Source: Candidatus Methylomirabilota bacterium (lineage in GTDB: Bacteria; Methylomirabilota; Methylomirabilia; Rokubacteriales; CSP1-6). Taken from it: a DNA stretch of 49,847 nt. Positions 35,052 to 43,717 of the stretch are shown piece by piece. A model generated the notes under the pieces. It had not been told where the DNA came from and made no database searches. It worked only from the letters and a program-made list of their open reading frames with translations. The position numbers and the translations under genes were made by a program. The DNA lies in assembly GCA_046726415.1 (NCBI GenBank), contig JBKPAK010000313.1, positions 1 to 49,847 on the forward strand, written 5' to 3'. The stretch's first letter is position 1; each line of letters opens with the position of its first letter.

Positions 35052-35480
35052 GTGAGGAAACTGGTCACCCTGTTCGTGACGGCAGCGTTCGTAGGGAGCA
35101 CCGCCGGCTTCGCTTTGGCCACCAGCACGGCGCCAGCCGCGCCGGCCCCGGCCGACAAGAAGATGGACGACAAAAAGGCCTCGGCCAAGAGCGCCACCGG
35201 CAAGGTAAAGGCGGCCTCTCCCGACAGCCTCGTCGTGATGGGCAAGGCCAAGGGTAAGGACGCCGAGTGGACATTTGCCCTTGATCCCAAGACGAAGATC
35301 AAGAAGGGCGGCAAGGACGCGACGGCGACAGACCTGAAAGAGGGGGACGACGTTTCTGTTCGGTACATGGAGCAAGCGGGCAAGAACGTGGCGCAGACGG
35401 TAACGGCCAAAGCTGAGCCAGCCAAGAAGATGGAGGGCAAGCCAGCGGATAAGATGGAGAAACCCGCCGAAAAGAAGTAG
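35052..35480 (+). CDS. Secreted Lys/Ala-rich small protein (possible OB-fold-like domain)
   Basis: AAGGAG RBS, signal peptide ending AFA/ALA-like, core ATGKVKA...TKIKKGG...DLKEGDDVSVRY. Confidence 0.8.
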   Translation: MRKLVTLFVTAAFVGSTAGFALATSTAPAAPAPADKKMDDKKASAKSATGKVKAASPDSLVVMGKAKGKDAEWTFALDPKTKIKKGGKDATATDLKEGDDVSVRYMEQAGKNVAQTVTAKAEPAKKMEGKPADKMEKPAEKK

Positions 35481-35494
35481 GCGCAGTCCGTTAC

Positions 35495-36160
35495 TCAGCG
35501 CGCCGAGCGCCGGCCGCCGCCGGTGCTCGGCGTCCGCTCGCGCGCCGCGGTTTTCTCTTCGACTCCCTCAAACCACATGTTCCGATCGGTGAGCTCCACC
35601 ACTTCGCGCCGGGCCGCCTCGACCGTGACCGTTTCGATCCACACGGCCACGCGATGGTAGCCGACCAGCCGCGGCTGAGAAAGGAACGTCCCCGACTCCT
35701 TGGCAGTGTCCTTGGAGGCCCGATCGATATAGACCGACCGATAACCGATGAGGACCCAATCGCCCCTCGGAACACCTTCGAGGAGGAACTGCCCGTCACC
35801 GTTGACCCTCGAGCCGCGAATCGCATCGCCGCGCCCCGCGGTCCTGAGTTCCTGCATCGCGCCTTCGACCAGGCGCCGCATGTCGGGAATGGCGGAGCGG
35901 TAGGCCGCCATCGAGTTTCGGGACTGCCGACGCACACGCTCCAGTCCTTCGACGAGAGCGGCCGACTGTGGGAGCAAGACGAGGGCGAGGTCGGTGAAGG
36001 GGACCGGCGGGCTTCCCGCACGGGGCCCACTTCCCCGCGCCGTCCCGCGCACCTCTCCCACCGGCGTCGGTTCCCCAACGCAGACCTGCACACCACGCCA
36101 ACTCGGCGCGGCCACTGCCACGGCCACCACCATCCGGCCCACAAGCCACCGGCGCGTCAC
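35495..36160 (-). CDS. Hypothetical exported protein (possible carboxypeptidase-regulatory-like beta sandwich)
   Basis: GTGA overlap with the acyltransferase stop; N-terminal hydrophobic stretch; DGQFLLEGVPRGDWVL pattern. Confidence 0.6.
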   Translation of the reverse strand: MTRRWLVGRMVVAVAVAAPSWRGVQVCVGEPTPVGEVRGTARGSGPRAGSPPVPFTDLALVLLPQSAALVEGLERVRRQSRNSMAAYRSAIPDMRRLVEGAMQELRTAGRGDAIRGSRVNGDGQFLLEGVPRGDWVLIGYRSVYIDRASKDTAKESGTFLSQPRLVGYHRVAVWIETVTVEAARREVVELTDRNMWFEGVEEKTAARERTPSTGGGRRSAR

Positions 36161-37122
36161 GACGTCGCCTTCTCGCTCGCCGGACGAGTGCGCCAGCGAT
36201 TGTGCATCCAGAACCACTGCTCCGGCGACTCGCGGACGGCCGCTTCGATGGCGGCGGTACAGCGCATGGTCAATTCGACGACCGCGTGGGATGAGGCATT
36301 CGCCCCGGACGTCTGGAGAGGGGGGTGGATCACCGCGCGGTGGCGACCCCACTGTTCTCGGTGGATGAACACCGGGAGGATCGGTGTCCTGGTCCTGATG
36401 GCGAGCACGGCAATGCTTCTCGACGTGCTGGCCAGGGCGCCGAAAAAAGGAACGAAGACCGCTTCCCGGCGTGCCGCGTTCTGGTCGAGAAGGATTCCAA
36501 CCATGGTGCCGCCATTCAGCGCGGCGAGCACCGGCCGGGCCGCCCCTCGTTTCTCGATTACCTCAATCCCGGTCTTCTGGCGCCAGTGGCGGGCCAAGAG
36601 GTCGAGCAGCCCCGAATCGAGCGGCCGCGCCACGATGGCGAGGGGATAGCCGGTCAGGCGGTGGGCGGCAGCCAGAAGCTCCCAGTTGCCCACGTGGGCG
36701 GTCAAGAGCAGCGCTCGCCCGGCGGCCGCCATGGCGGCCTGCAGGTGCTCACGGCCGTCGAGGGTGATGCCCGACAGCGTCCGTTCAAGAGGCCACGCCA
36801 GCAGGGAACACAGCTCGATAATCATCTGACCCAGGTGCCGGTAGAACGCGCGGCAGAGACGCCGGTGATCGCGAGGCGACATCTCGGGAAAGGCCCGAGC
36901 CAGGTTGTCGAGAGCGAGCCGCCGCCGCCGCGGCAGGACCATGGCCAGGAGGTCGCCCAGCCGGCAGCCCACCCACGCCGCTGTCGACCCGGGAAGACGG
37001 CCAAGCACGGCGGCCGAGCCATGGAGGACTACTGACGTGGGGGGCCCCGCAATGGCCCCCCACACCCCCCCGACGCTCGGAGCGCCCCGGCGTAGCCGTG
37101 ACGCTCCTCGTTTCCCCGCCAT
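36157..37122 (-). CDS. Lysophospholipid/lipid A acyltransferase (LpxL/HtrB family)
   Basis: NLARAFPE, TAHVGNWE (Hx4E), ILLDQN, VPFFG, PEQWFWMHNRWR. Confidence 0.92.
   Translation of the reverse strand: MAGKRGASRLRRGAPSVGGVWGAIAGPPTSVVLHGSAAVLGRLPGSTAAWVGCRLGDLLAMVLPRRRRLALDNLARAFPEMSPRDHRRLCRAFYRHLGQMIIELCSLLAWPLERTLSGITLDGREHLQAAMAAAGRALLLTAHVGNWELLAAAHRLTGYPLAIVARPLDSGLLDLLARHWRQKTGIEVIEKRGAARPVLAALNGGTMVGILLDQNAARREAVFVPFFGALASTSRSIAVLAIRTRTPILPVFIHREQWGRHRAVIHPPLQTSGANASSHAVVELTMRCTAAIEAAVRESPEQWFWMHNRWRTRPASEKATS
37037..37107 (-). repeat. Two-hairpin palindromic element inside the acyltransferase 5' coding region
   Basis: Perfect 10-bp stem GTGGGGGGCC/GGCCCCCCAC (37037-37063) and GGAGCG..CGGC-gta-GCCG..CGCTCC (37079-37107), separated by a C7 run (G7 on the minus strand). 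Confidence 0.65.
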
Positions 37123-37125
37123 GCC

Positions 37126-37752
37126 CTAGCCCGAGGGGCGCCCCCGAGCGCGCTGCAACTCGATCAGGATGGGCACACACGACAGCACGATGACGATGAC
37201 CACGATGACGTGGACGTACTGACTGATGTTCGGGATTAAGCTCCCCAGCAGGTAGCCACTCCACGTCATGCTCACGACCCACCCGATCCCTCCGGCGACG
37301 TTGTAGAAGAGGAATCGCCGGTACTCCATTCGCCCCACTCCGGCCACCACCGGCGCGAAGGTTCGGATGATGGGGACGAAACGGGCGATCACGATCGTTC
37401 GGGCGCCGTGCCGGGCGTAGAAATCCCGCGTGCGCTCGACGTGCCGGGGATTGAAGAGCAGCGACTTCTCGCGCGTGAAGAGGGCGGGACCCAGGCGGGC
37501 CCCAATGGCATAACCAACGCTGTCCCCGGTGACGGCAGCCACGATGAGAAGGAGGTTGAGCCACCAGATGTTCAGCACGCCGCTCGAGGCCACCAGCCCC
37601 GCGGTGATCAGCAGCGAGTCCCCCGGGAGGAAGAATCCCACGAGGAGTCCGGTCTCGGTAAAGACGATGGCCACCAAGAGCAGGTAGCCGCCCCACCGGA
37701 TCAGGGCGTCGAGGGAGTGGCCCCCGGCGAGAATGTCATACAGGAACTCCAC
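37126..37752 (-). CDS. DedA/VTT family membrane protein
   Basis: FTETGLLVGFFLPGDSLL, GDSVGYAIG, ARFVPIIRTFAP. Confidence 0.95.
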   Translation of the reverse strand: MEFLYDILAGGHSLDALIRWGGYLLLVAIVFTETGLLVGFFLPGDSLLITAGLVASSGVLNIWWLNLLLIVAAVTGDSVGYAIGARLGPALFTREKSLLFNPRHVERTRDFYARHGARTIVIARFVPIIRTFAPVVAGVGRMEYRRFLFYNVAGGIGWVVSMTWSGYLLGSLIPNISQYVHVIVVIVIVLSCVPILIELQRARGRPSG

Positions 37753-37758
37753 GGGTGG

Positions 37759-40263
37759 CTACTTGCCACGCGCGACCGCGCCGATTGGGCGCGGCGTTGG
37801 AGCCGCCTCTCCCGCCCCGCGAATCCGCATACGGTAGAACGACCGCCACACGAACACGAGCGAGAGGGCGAAAAAGATCGCGGCGAGGAGGCGGGTCAGC
37901 ACCACGCCCCGGTCCGCACTCAGGCTGACCGCCAACTCTACGGCCAGGAGCCCGAACAGCGTGGTGAACTTGATAACGGGATTCATGGCCACCGACGAGG
38001 TGTCTTTGAACGGATCGCCGACGGTATCTCCCACCACCGTGGCCGCGTGGAGCGGAGTCCCCTTCTCCTTCAGCTCCACCTCCACGATCTTCTTGGCGTT
38101 GTCCCAGGCGCCGCCCGCGTTGGCCATGAACACCGCCTGATAGAGCCCGAACAGCGCGATGGAGATTAGATAGCCGATGAAGAAGTACGGCTCGAGGAAG
38201 GCAAAGGCCAAGGTCGAGAAGAAGACGGTCAGGAAGATATTGAACATCCCCTTTTGAGCGTACTGCGTGCAGATCTCCACTACCCGCTTGCTATCGGTGA
38301 CCGACGCCTTGGCCACGCCGTCCAGCCGGATGTTGGCCTTGATGAACTCCACCGCCCGATAGGCGCCGGTGCTCACCGCCTGAGTGGCGGCGCCGGTGAA
38401 CCAGTAGATCACGGCCCCGCCGGTGATGAGCCCCAGCAGAAGGGGGGGGTACAGGAGCGAGAGCTTGTCGAGGTTCTGCGTGAGGCCCTGGGTCAACATC
38501 ACGATGATCGAAAAGATCATGGTGGTGGCCCCCACCACCGCAGTGCCGATCAAGACAGGCTTGGCCGTCGCCTTGAACGTGTTGCCGGCCCCGTCGTTCT
38601 CCTCCAGGAGTTGCTTGGCCGTCTCGAAATCGGCGTCGAACCCGTAGTCCTTCTTGATGGTGCGCGCGATGCCCGGCACTTCCTCGATGAGCGACAGCTC
38701 GAAGACCGATTGGGCGTTGTCGGTCACCGGCCCGTAGGAGTCCACGGCGATGGTCACCGGGCCCATCCCCAAAAAGCCGAACGCCACCAGGCCAAACGCG
38801 AACACCGCAGGGGCCACCATGAGGGCGCCGAGCCCCAAGGTACTCACCAGGAAGGCGATGCCCATGAGCACCACGATGGTGGCGCCGAGCCAGTACGCAC
38901 TAAAGTTGCCCGCCACGAAGCCCGACAGGATGTTCAGCGACGCCCCCCCCTCACGCGACGCGGCCACCACTTCGCGCACGTGACCCGACTCGGTGGAGGT
39001 GAAGATCTTGACGAACTCGGGGATGATCGCCCCGGCCAGGGTCCCGCAGGTGATGACCGTGGAGAGCTTCCACCAGAGGCTCCCGTCGCCCAGGCCGCCG
39101 ATGACGGCGTAGGAAGCGATATAGGTAATGACCACCGAGACCACCGAGGTCAGCCACACCAGACTGGTCAGCGGCGCTTCGAAGTTCATGTGCCGCGCCG
39201 CCCCGTAGCGGCCGCGGGCGATGGTCTCGTTGGCGAGGTAGGAGAGGCCGCTGGCCACGATCATCATGACCCGCATGACGAAGATCCAGACGAGCAGTTG
39301 CACCTGGACGATCTGCTGGGGCACGGCCAGCAGGATGAAGGAAATGAGGGCCACCCCGGTGACCCCGTAGGTTTCGAAGCCGTCGGCACTCGGCCCCACC
39401 GAATCGCCCGCGTTATCCCCGGTGCAGTCGGCGATGACGCCGGGATTCCGGGCATCGTCCTCCTTGATGTTGAACACGATCTTCATGAGGTCGGAGCCGA
39501 TGTCCGCGATCTTCGTGAAAATGCCGCCGGCGATCCGCAGGGCGGCCGCCCCCAGCGACTCTCCGATGGCGAACCCGATGAAGCAGGGGCCCGCGTAATC
39601 GCCGGGAATGTAGAGCAGGATGCAGAGCATCAGGAACAGCTCGACACTGATGAGCAACATGCCGATGCTCATGCCGGCCTTCAGCGGAATGGCGTACACC
39701 GGGAAGGGCTTGCCTTCCAGACTGGCGAAGGCCGTTCGCGAGTTCGCGAAGGTATTGATGCGGATGCCGAACCAGGCCACCCCATAGCTCCCGGCGATGC
39801 CGACGAGGCTGAAGAGGAGGATGATGGCGACCTTGAGGGCCTCGAAGTGCAGGAGAACGCCGAAGTAGAGAAGGATGATGACGCCGATGAAGAGCTCGAG
39901 GAGAAGGATGAACTTGCCCTGGGTGACGAGATAGGTCTTGCACGTCTCGTAGATCAGCTCCGAGATCTCGCGCATCGACTCGTGCACGGGCAACCGGCGG
40001 AGCTGACCGTAGATGACGAGGCCGAAGATGAGCCCGAGGACGCAGACGCCGAGCCCGAGGGTCAGCAACGTGCGACTGTTCAGCCCACCGACGCTCACCT
40101 GGGCGAGGTCGGGGATCTTGAGGTTGGCCTCGCCGCCGCTCGGATGGGCCCCGGCCGCCGGAGCCTGGGCGAAAGCCGCCGAAGCGGTGAGGGCCATGAG
40201 CGCGAGCACAGCCAGCACGACGATGAGCCAGTGGGCGCGCGGGGAGACATCCATTTGGTTCAT
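37759..40263 (-). CDS. hppA: Membrane-bound ion-translocating pyrophosphatase (divergent, K+-independent type)
   Basis: GGIFTKIADIGSDL, EDDARNPGVIAD, DSYGPVTDNA, GNTFKA, NAGGAWDNAKK, GDTVGDPFKDT; GGAGGAG before ATG at 40263. Confidence 0.93.
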   Translation of the reverse strand: MNQMDVSPRAHWLIVVLAVLALMALTASAAFAQAPAAGAHPSGGEANLKIPDLAQVSVGGLNSRTLLTLGLGVCVLGLIFGLVIYGQLRRLPVHESMREISELIYETCKTYLVTQGKFILLLELFIGVIILLYFGVLLHFEALKVAIILLFSLVGIAGSYGVAWFGIRINTFANSRTAFASLEGKPFPVYAIPLKAGMSIGMLLISVELFLMLCILLYIPGDYAGPCFIGFAIGESLGAAALRIAGGIFTKIADIGSDLMKIVFNIKEDDARNPGVIADCTGDNAGDSVGPSADGFETYGVTGVALISFILLAVPQQIVQVQLLVWIFVMRVMMIVASGLSYLANETIARGRYGAARHMNFEAPLTSLVWLTSVVSVVITYIASYAVIGGLGDGSLWWKLSTVITCGTLAGAIIPEFVKIFTSTESGHVREVVAASREGGASLNILSGFVAGNFSAYWLGATIVVLMGIAFLVSTLGLGALMVAPAVFAFGLVAFGFLGMGPVTIAVDSYGPVTDNAQSVFELSLIEEVPGIARTIKKDYGFDADFETAKQLLEENDGAGNTFKATAKPVLIGTAVVGATTMIFSIIVMLTQGLTQNLDKLSLLYPPLLLGLITGGAVIYWFTGAATQAVSTGAYRAVEFIKANIRLDGVAKASVTDSKRVVEICTQYAQKGMFNIFLTVFFSTLAFAFLEPYFFIGYLISIALFGLYQAVFMANAGGAWDNAKKIVEVELKEKGTPLHAATVVGDTVGDPFKDTSSVAMNPVIKFTTLFGLLAVELAVSLSADRGVVLTRLLAAIFFALSLVFVWRSFYRMRIRGAGEAAPTPRPIGAVARGK

Positions 40264-40278
40264 GCTGAGAGGCTCCTC

Positions 40279-40338
40279 CGAGGGCGACACATCAATGCCA
40301 TCCGGGCGCGAGGGCGACACATCAATGCTATCCGGGCG
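40279..40338 (-). repeat. 30-bp direct repeat x2 in the hppA leader
   Basis: cgagggcgacacatcaatgc(c/t)atccgggcg at 40279 and 40309, one mismatch. Confidence 0.9.
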
Positions 40339-40368
40339 GCGACCGAACGTCGCTTCCAAACCCTCTGG

Positions 40369-40452
40369 ATGTTACGAGACGCGCCGCGCGGTGTCAACGA
40401 GGCCGTCCGCGAAGTGTCTGCGTTGACAGGCCTCGACGGGGGTGAGTAGCAT
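40369..40452. promoter_or_regulatory. Divergent sigma70-type promoters for hppA and the rhomboid gene
   Basis: - strand TTGACA (40397-40392), 17 nt, TAACAT (40374-40369); + strand TTGACA (40423-40428), 18 nt, TAGCAT (40447-40452). Confidence 0.65.
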
Positions 40453-40494
40453 GCGCTCGTACGGTGGCCGATACTCCTGCCCAGAGGCGATCCG

Positions 40495-41319
40495 ATGTTC
40501 CGTAAGACGAGAGGGGCCATTCTCTGTCCGTATTGCGGGCGCCTGACCAACGCCGATGCGCGCGAATGTCTCGTCTGCGGCCGCCGCAATCCAGGTCTGT
40601 GGGGGTTCGCTGGCCTCTTGCGAACCCTGTTTCGCCGCCGTCGCTTCACCGACGTCGTGACCGTCGTGTGCATCGCGGCCTATCTCGCCTCGCTGCTCAT
40701 CGATCCGACCAGCGTGCTCCGTCCCCGCGGGTTCATGGCCGACTTCGCCCCCAGCAACCAAGCGCTGCTGGCACTAGGAGCCACGGGAGCGTGGCCCATG
40801 CGCATCGGCCGATGGTGGACGCTTCTCACGGCCATCTACCTCCATGGAGGCGTCCTCCACATCCTTTTCAACCTGCTTTGGATCCGACAGCTCGGCCCCG
40901 CGGTGGAAGAGCTGTACGGGCCGGCCCGGACCGCGGTCATCTTTACGCTCTCCGGCGCGGTCGGGTTCGCAATTTCGAACGCTGTGGGTATCCCCCTCAC
41001 CGTCGGGGCGTCCGGTTCCATCTTCGGCTTGCTGGGCGCCATCGTCGCCTACGGGCGCCGTCGGGGAGGGGCCTTCGGCACCATGGTGCTGCGCCAATAC
41101 GGGATGTGGGCCCTCATTCTCTTCGTGTTCGGCTTCTTCATGCCGAGCGTGAACAACTTCGCGCACGCGGGCGGCTTTCTGGGCGGGTTGGCGGGCGGGT
41201 ACGTGCTGTCGCTGGCTGAGCATCGCTCGGAGGGCGGTCTGGATCAGCTCCTCGCGACCGGCTGTCTCGCCCTCACCGCTATCTCCTTCGGGCTCGCGCT
41301 CTGGACGGCATTCGCGTAG
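40495..41319 (+). CDS. Rhomboid intramembrane serine protease with N-terminal zinc ribbon
   Basis: CPYC..CLVC, WWTLLTAIYLHGGVLHILFN, VGASG (catalytic Ser), NFAHAGG (catalytic His). Confidence 0.93.
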   Translation: MFRKTRGAILCPYCGRLTNADARECLVCGRRNPGLWGFAGLLRTLFRRRRFTDVVTVVCIAAYLASLLIDPTSVLRPRGFMADFAPSNQALLALGATGAWPMRIGRWWTLLTAIYLHGGVLHILFNLLWIRQLGPAVEELYGPARTAVIFTLSGAVGFAISNAVGIPLTVGASGSIFGLLGAIVAYGRRRGGAFGTMVLRQYGMWALILFVFGFFMPSVNNFAHAGGFLGGLAGGYVLSLAEHRSEGGLDQLLATGCLALTAISFGLALWTAFA

Positions 41320-41320
41320 A

Positions 41321-41351
41321 GCGCCGGCTCGGCGCTGCCCCGAGCCGGCGC
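41321..41351. terminator. 12-bp perfect hairpin between convergent genes
   Basis: GCGCCGGCTCGG-cgctgcc-CCGAGCCGGCGC directly after the rhomboid stop; no U-tract. Confidence 0.5.
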
Positions 41352-41369
41352 ACACGAGCGGTGGAGGCG

Positions 41370-42893
41370 CTAGACGGTCACGGCGATGTACAGATTCGTT
41401 CCGTCCCGGTTCACCAGCAGTAGCATCGGGGCGCCCTTGCCTTTCTTCCGGGCCACGCTCTTCGCGAGATCCTCGGTGGATGTCACCTGGTGGTGATCGA
41501 TCTCCACGATCACGTCGCGGGGCCGCAGGCCGGCATTGGCGCCCGGGCTGCCCTCGGCCACGTCCGCAATCACCACTCCCTGCTCAGCCTTGACTCCCAG
41601 CTCCTTGGCCAACGCGGGCGTCAGGGGCTGTACGGAAAGCCCAAGACCGTTCTTGCCCTCCGCCTTGGCCGGCTTGACCTTGGTGGCGTCGTTCAGCTCA
41701 CCGACCTTGGCCGTCAAGGCCATCGACGCGCCGTTGCGAATGACGGTCAGCGCCACGTCCTTGCCCACCGGCGTCTCGGCCACGGCGCGAGGCAGGTCAT
41801 CGGACTTGGTGAGCGCGCGCCCGTTGTACTCGGTGATGATGTCGCCGGGCTTCAGCCCCGCCTTGGCCGCGGGCGAGCCCTCGGCGACCGAGGAGACCAG
41901 GGCTCCTCGCTTGTCCTCACGCTGAAACGCCTTGGCCAGCTCCGGCGTCATGGGCTGGATGATCACGCCCAGCCATCCGCGCACCACCTGACCGTGCTCC
42001 GCCAACTGAGTGACCACCGACTTGGCGAGGTCTGCCGGGATGGCAAAGCCGATGCCCACCGAGCCGCCCGTCTCGCTGTAGATGGCGGTGTTGATGCCCA
42101 CGGCCTGGCCCTGGGCGTTGATGAGTGGGCCACCGCTGTTCCCGGGATTGATGGACGCATCCGTCTGGATGTAGTCGTCGTAGGGGCCGCTGCCGATGAC
42201 GCGGCCAGTCGCGCTCACGATTCCCGTCGTGACCGTATGCTCCAGCCCGAAGGGGTTGCCGATAGCCATGACTGGCTCGCCCACCTCGAGCTTGCCGGAG
42301 TTGCCGAAGGGAATCACGGGAAGGCCCGTGGCATCGATCTTCACCACGGCCAGGTCGGTCTTGGGATCGCCGCCGACGATTTTGCCCGCGAATTCGCGGC
42401 CATCGGCCAACTTGACCTGGATCTGGCTGGCGCCGTCCACCACGTGATGGTTGGTCACGAGGTACCCGTCGGAGTTGATGATGAATCCGGTCCCCATGTT
42501 CCGCGCGGGCTGCTTGGGCTGCCCCTCGAAGAATCGCCGGAACTGCTCGAAACGGTCGCCGCCGCGCGGCGCCCCCTGCCGGAACGGCTGCTCGTCCTCC
42601 GCGCTCCGCTTGACGGCGATGTTGACCACGGCCGGCTTGAGCTCCTTGCCGATGCGCACCCAGTCCGGGGCCATGGTCTGCGAGGGCGCCGTCACCACCG
42701 ACCGCTCCGTCCACAAGGGTGCTCGCACGGCCTTGGTGAGGCCGATGTGTGGCGAGACGGCCACAATGCTCACCGCCACCGCCACGCCGGCCACCGGCCA
42801 CAGCCAGCGCCGATCGCGCCTGAGCGGATTCGGCGTGGTCGGGGTCTCGTCCCATCGCTCGCTCTCGTTCGTCCCGCTCCACTGATCCGTCAT
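41370..42893 (-). CDS. DegP/DegQ (Do family) serine endoprotease
   Basis: TNHHV, DLAVVK, IQTDASINPGNSGGPL, two PDZ domains; AAGGAGG before ATG at 42893. Confidence 0.95.
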   Translation of the reverse strand: MTDQWSGTNESERWDETPTTPNPLRRDRRWLWPVAGVAVAVSIVAVSPHIGLTKAVRAPLWTERSVVTAPSQTMAPDWVRIGKELKPAVVNIAVKRSAEDEQPFRQGAPRGGDRFEQFRRFFEGQPKQPARNMGTGFIINSDGYLVTNHHVVDGASQIQVKLADGREFAGKIVGGDPKTDLAVVKIDATGLPVIPFGNSGKLEVGEPVMAIGNPFGLEHTVTTGIVSATGRVIGSGPYDDYIQTDASINPGNSGGPLINAQGQAVGINTAIYSETGGSVGIGFAIPADLAKSVVTQLAEHGQVVRGWLGVIIQPMTPELAKAFQREDKRGALVSSVAEGSPAAKAGLKPGDIITEYNGRALTKSDDLPRAVAETPVGKDVALTVIRNGASMALTAKVGELNDATKVKPAKAEGKNGLGLSVQPLTPALAKELGVKAEQGVVIADVAEGSPGANAGLRPRDVIVEIDHHQVTSTEDLAKSVARKKGKGAPMLLLVNRDGTNLYIAVTV

Positions 42894-42995
42894 CTGAGCT
42901 CCCTCCTTGGGTTCGTGCTGCCTTCGGGAGGAGCGTAGCGAGTGGCGGTGAGAGAAGCGTGAAGCGGTCATGAGAAGCCTCTCACCGGGCGCCCC

Positions 42996-43607
42996 ATGCT
43001 GGACCGGCTGATCGCGACCTCGCCGTACCTGGGCCTCTATCTCGCCCTGTGCCTGGGCGGGGTCGGCTTTCCTGTCCCCGAGGAAATCCCGGTCATCACC
43101 GCCGGCGTCCTTGCCCACCGGGGAACCGTCCGCTGGTGGCTCGCCCTACTAGTCTGTATCGCCGGGATCGCCACGGGCGACCTGGTGCTGTACGGGACGG
43201 GACGGCGCTGGGGCGAGCGCGTGCTGGACCGGCGACTGGTGCGACGCTTCCTGGACGTCAAGCGCCGGGATGCCCTCGAGGCGGCGTATCGACGCCATGG
43301 CATTCTCATCGTGTTCGCCGCTCGGCACGTGATGGGACTCCGTGCGGCGGCCTTCGTCACTGCCGGTGTCGTGAAGCTGCCGTTTTGGAAATTTGCCGTC
43401 GCCGACGGCGTGGCCATCGCCTATGGCGTTCCGTTGAACTTCACCATCGCCTATCTTTTCACGGAGCACCTCCACGCCATTCTCGGGGATCTTCGCCGCG
43501 TGGAGAGCTGGCTGGCGCTCGCCGTCTTGGTAGGGGTGGCCGCGTGGGTGAGCATCGTTCTGTGGCGACGCAGCCGCCGGGTGCTCTCGGACGGCGATAT
43601 CTCCTGA
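42996..43607 (+). CDS. DedA family membrane protein
   Basis: GFPVPEEIPVITAG, GDLVLYGTGR, ARHVMGLR, FWKFAVAD. Confidence 0.88.
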   Translation: MLDRLIATSPYLGLYLALCLGGVGFPVPEEIPVITAGVLAHRGTVRWWLALLVCIAGIATGDLVLYGTGRRWGERVLDRRLVRRFLDVKRRDALEAAYRRHGILIVFAARHVMGLRAAAFVTAGVVKLPFWKFAVADGVAIAYGVPLNFTIAYLFTEHLHAILGDLRRVESWLALAVLVGVAAWVSIVLWRRSRRVLSDGDIS

Positions 43608-43680
43608 GCGCGCCCTTCGCGCTGATCGTGGTCAGGCGGCGGCGTGCCGCCATCGAAGCACGAGACTCCGCGTTCTCCCT

Positions 43681-43712
43681 GGGGTGTCGGGGGAGCGGTG
43701 TCGCTCCTCGAC
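43681..43712 (+). repeat. G-leader plus hairpin palindromic element between convergent dedA and usp
   Basis: GGGGT-GTCGGGGGAGCG-gtgt-CGCTCCTCGAC; core shared with the thiC-end element. Confidence 0.65.
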
Positions 43713-43717
43713 CTCGA

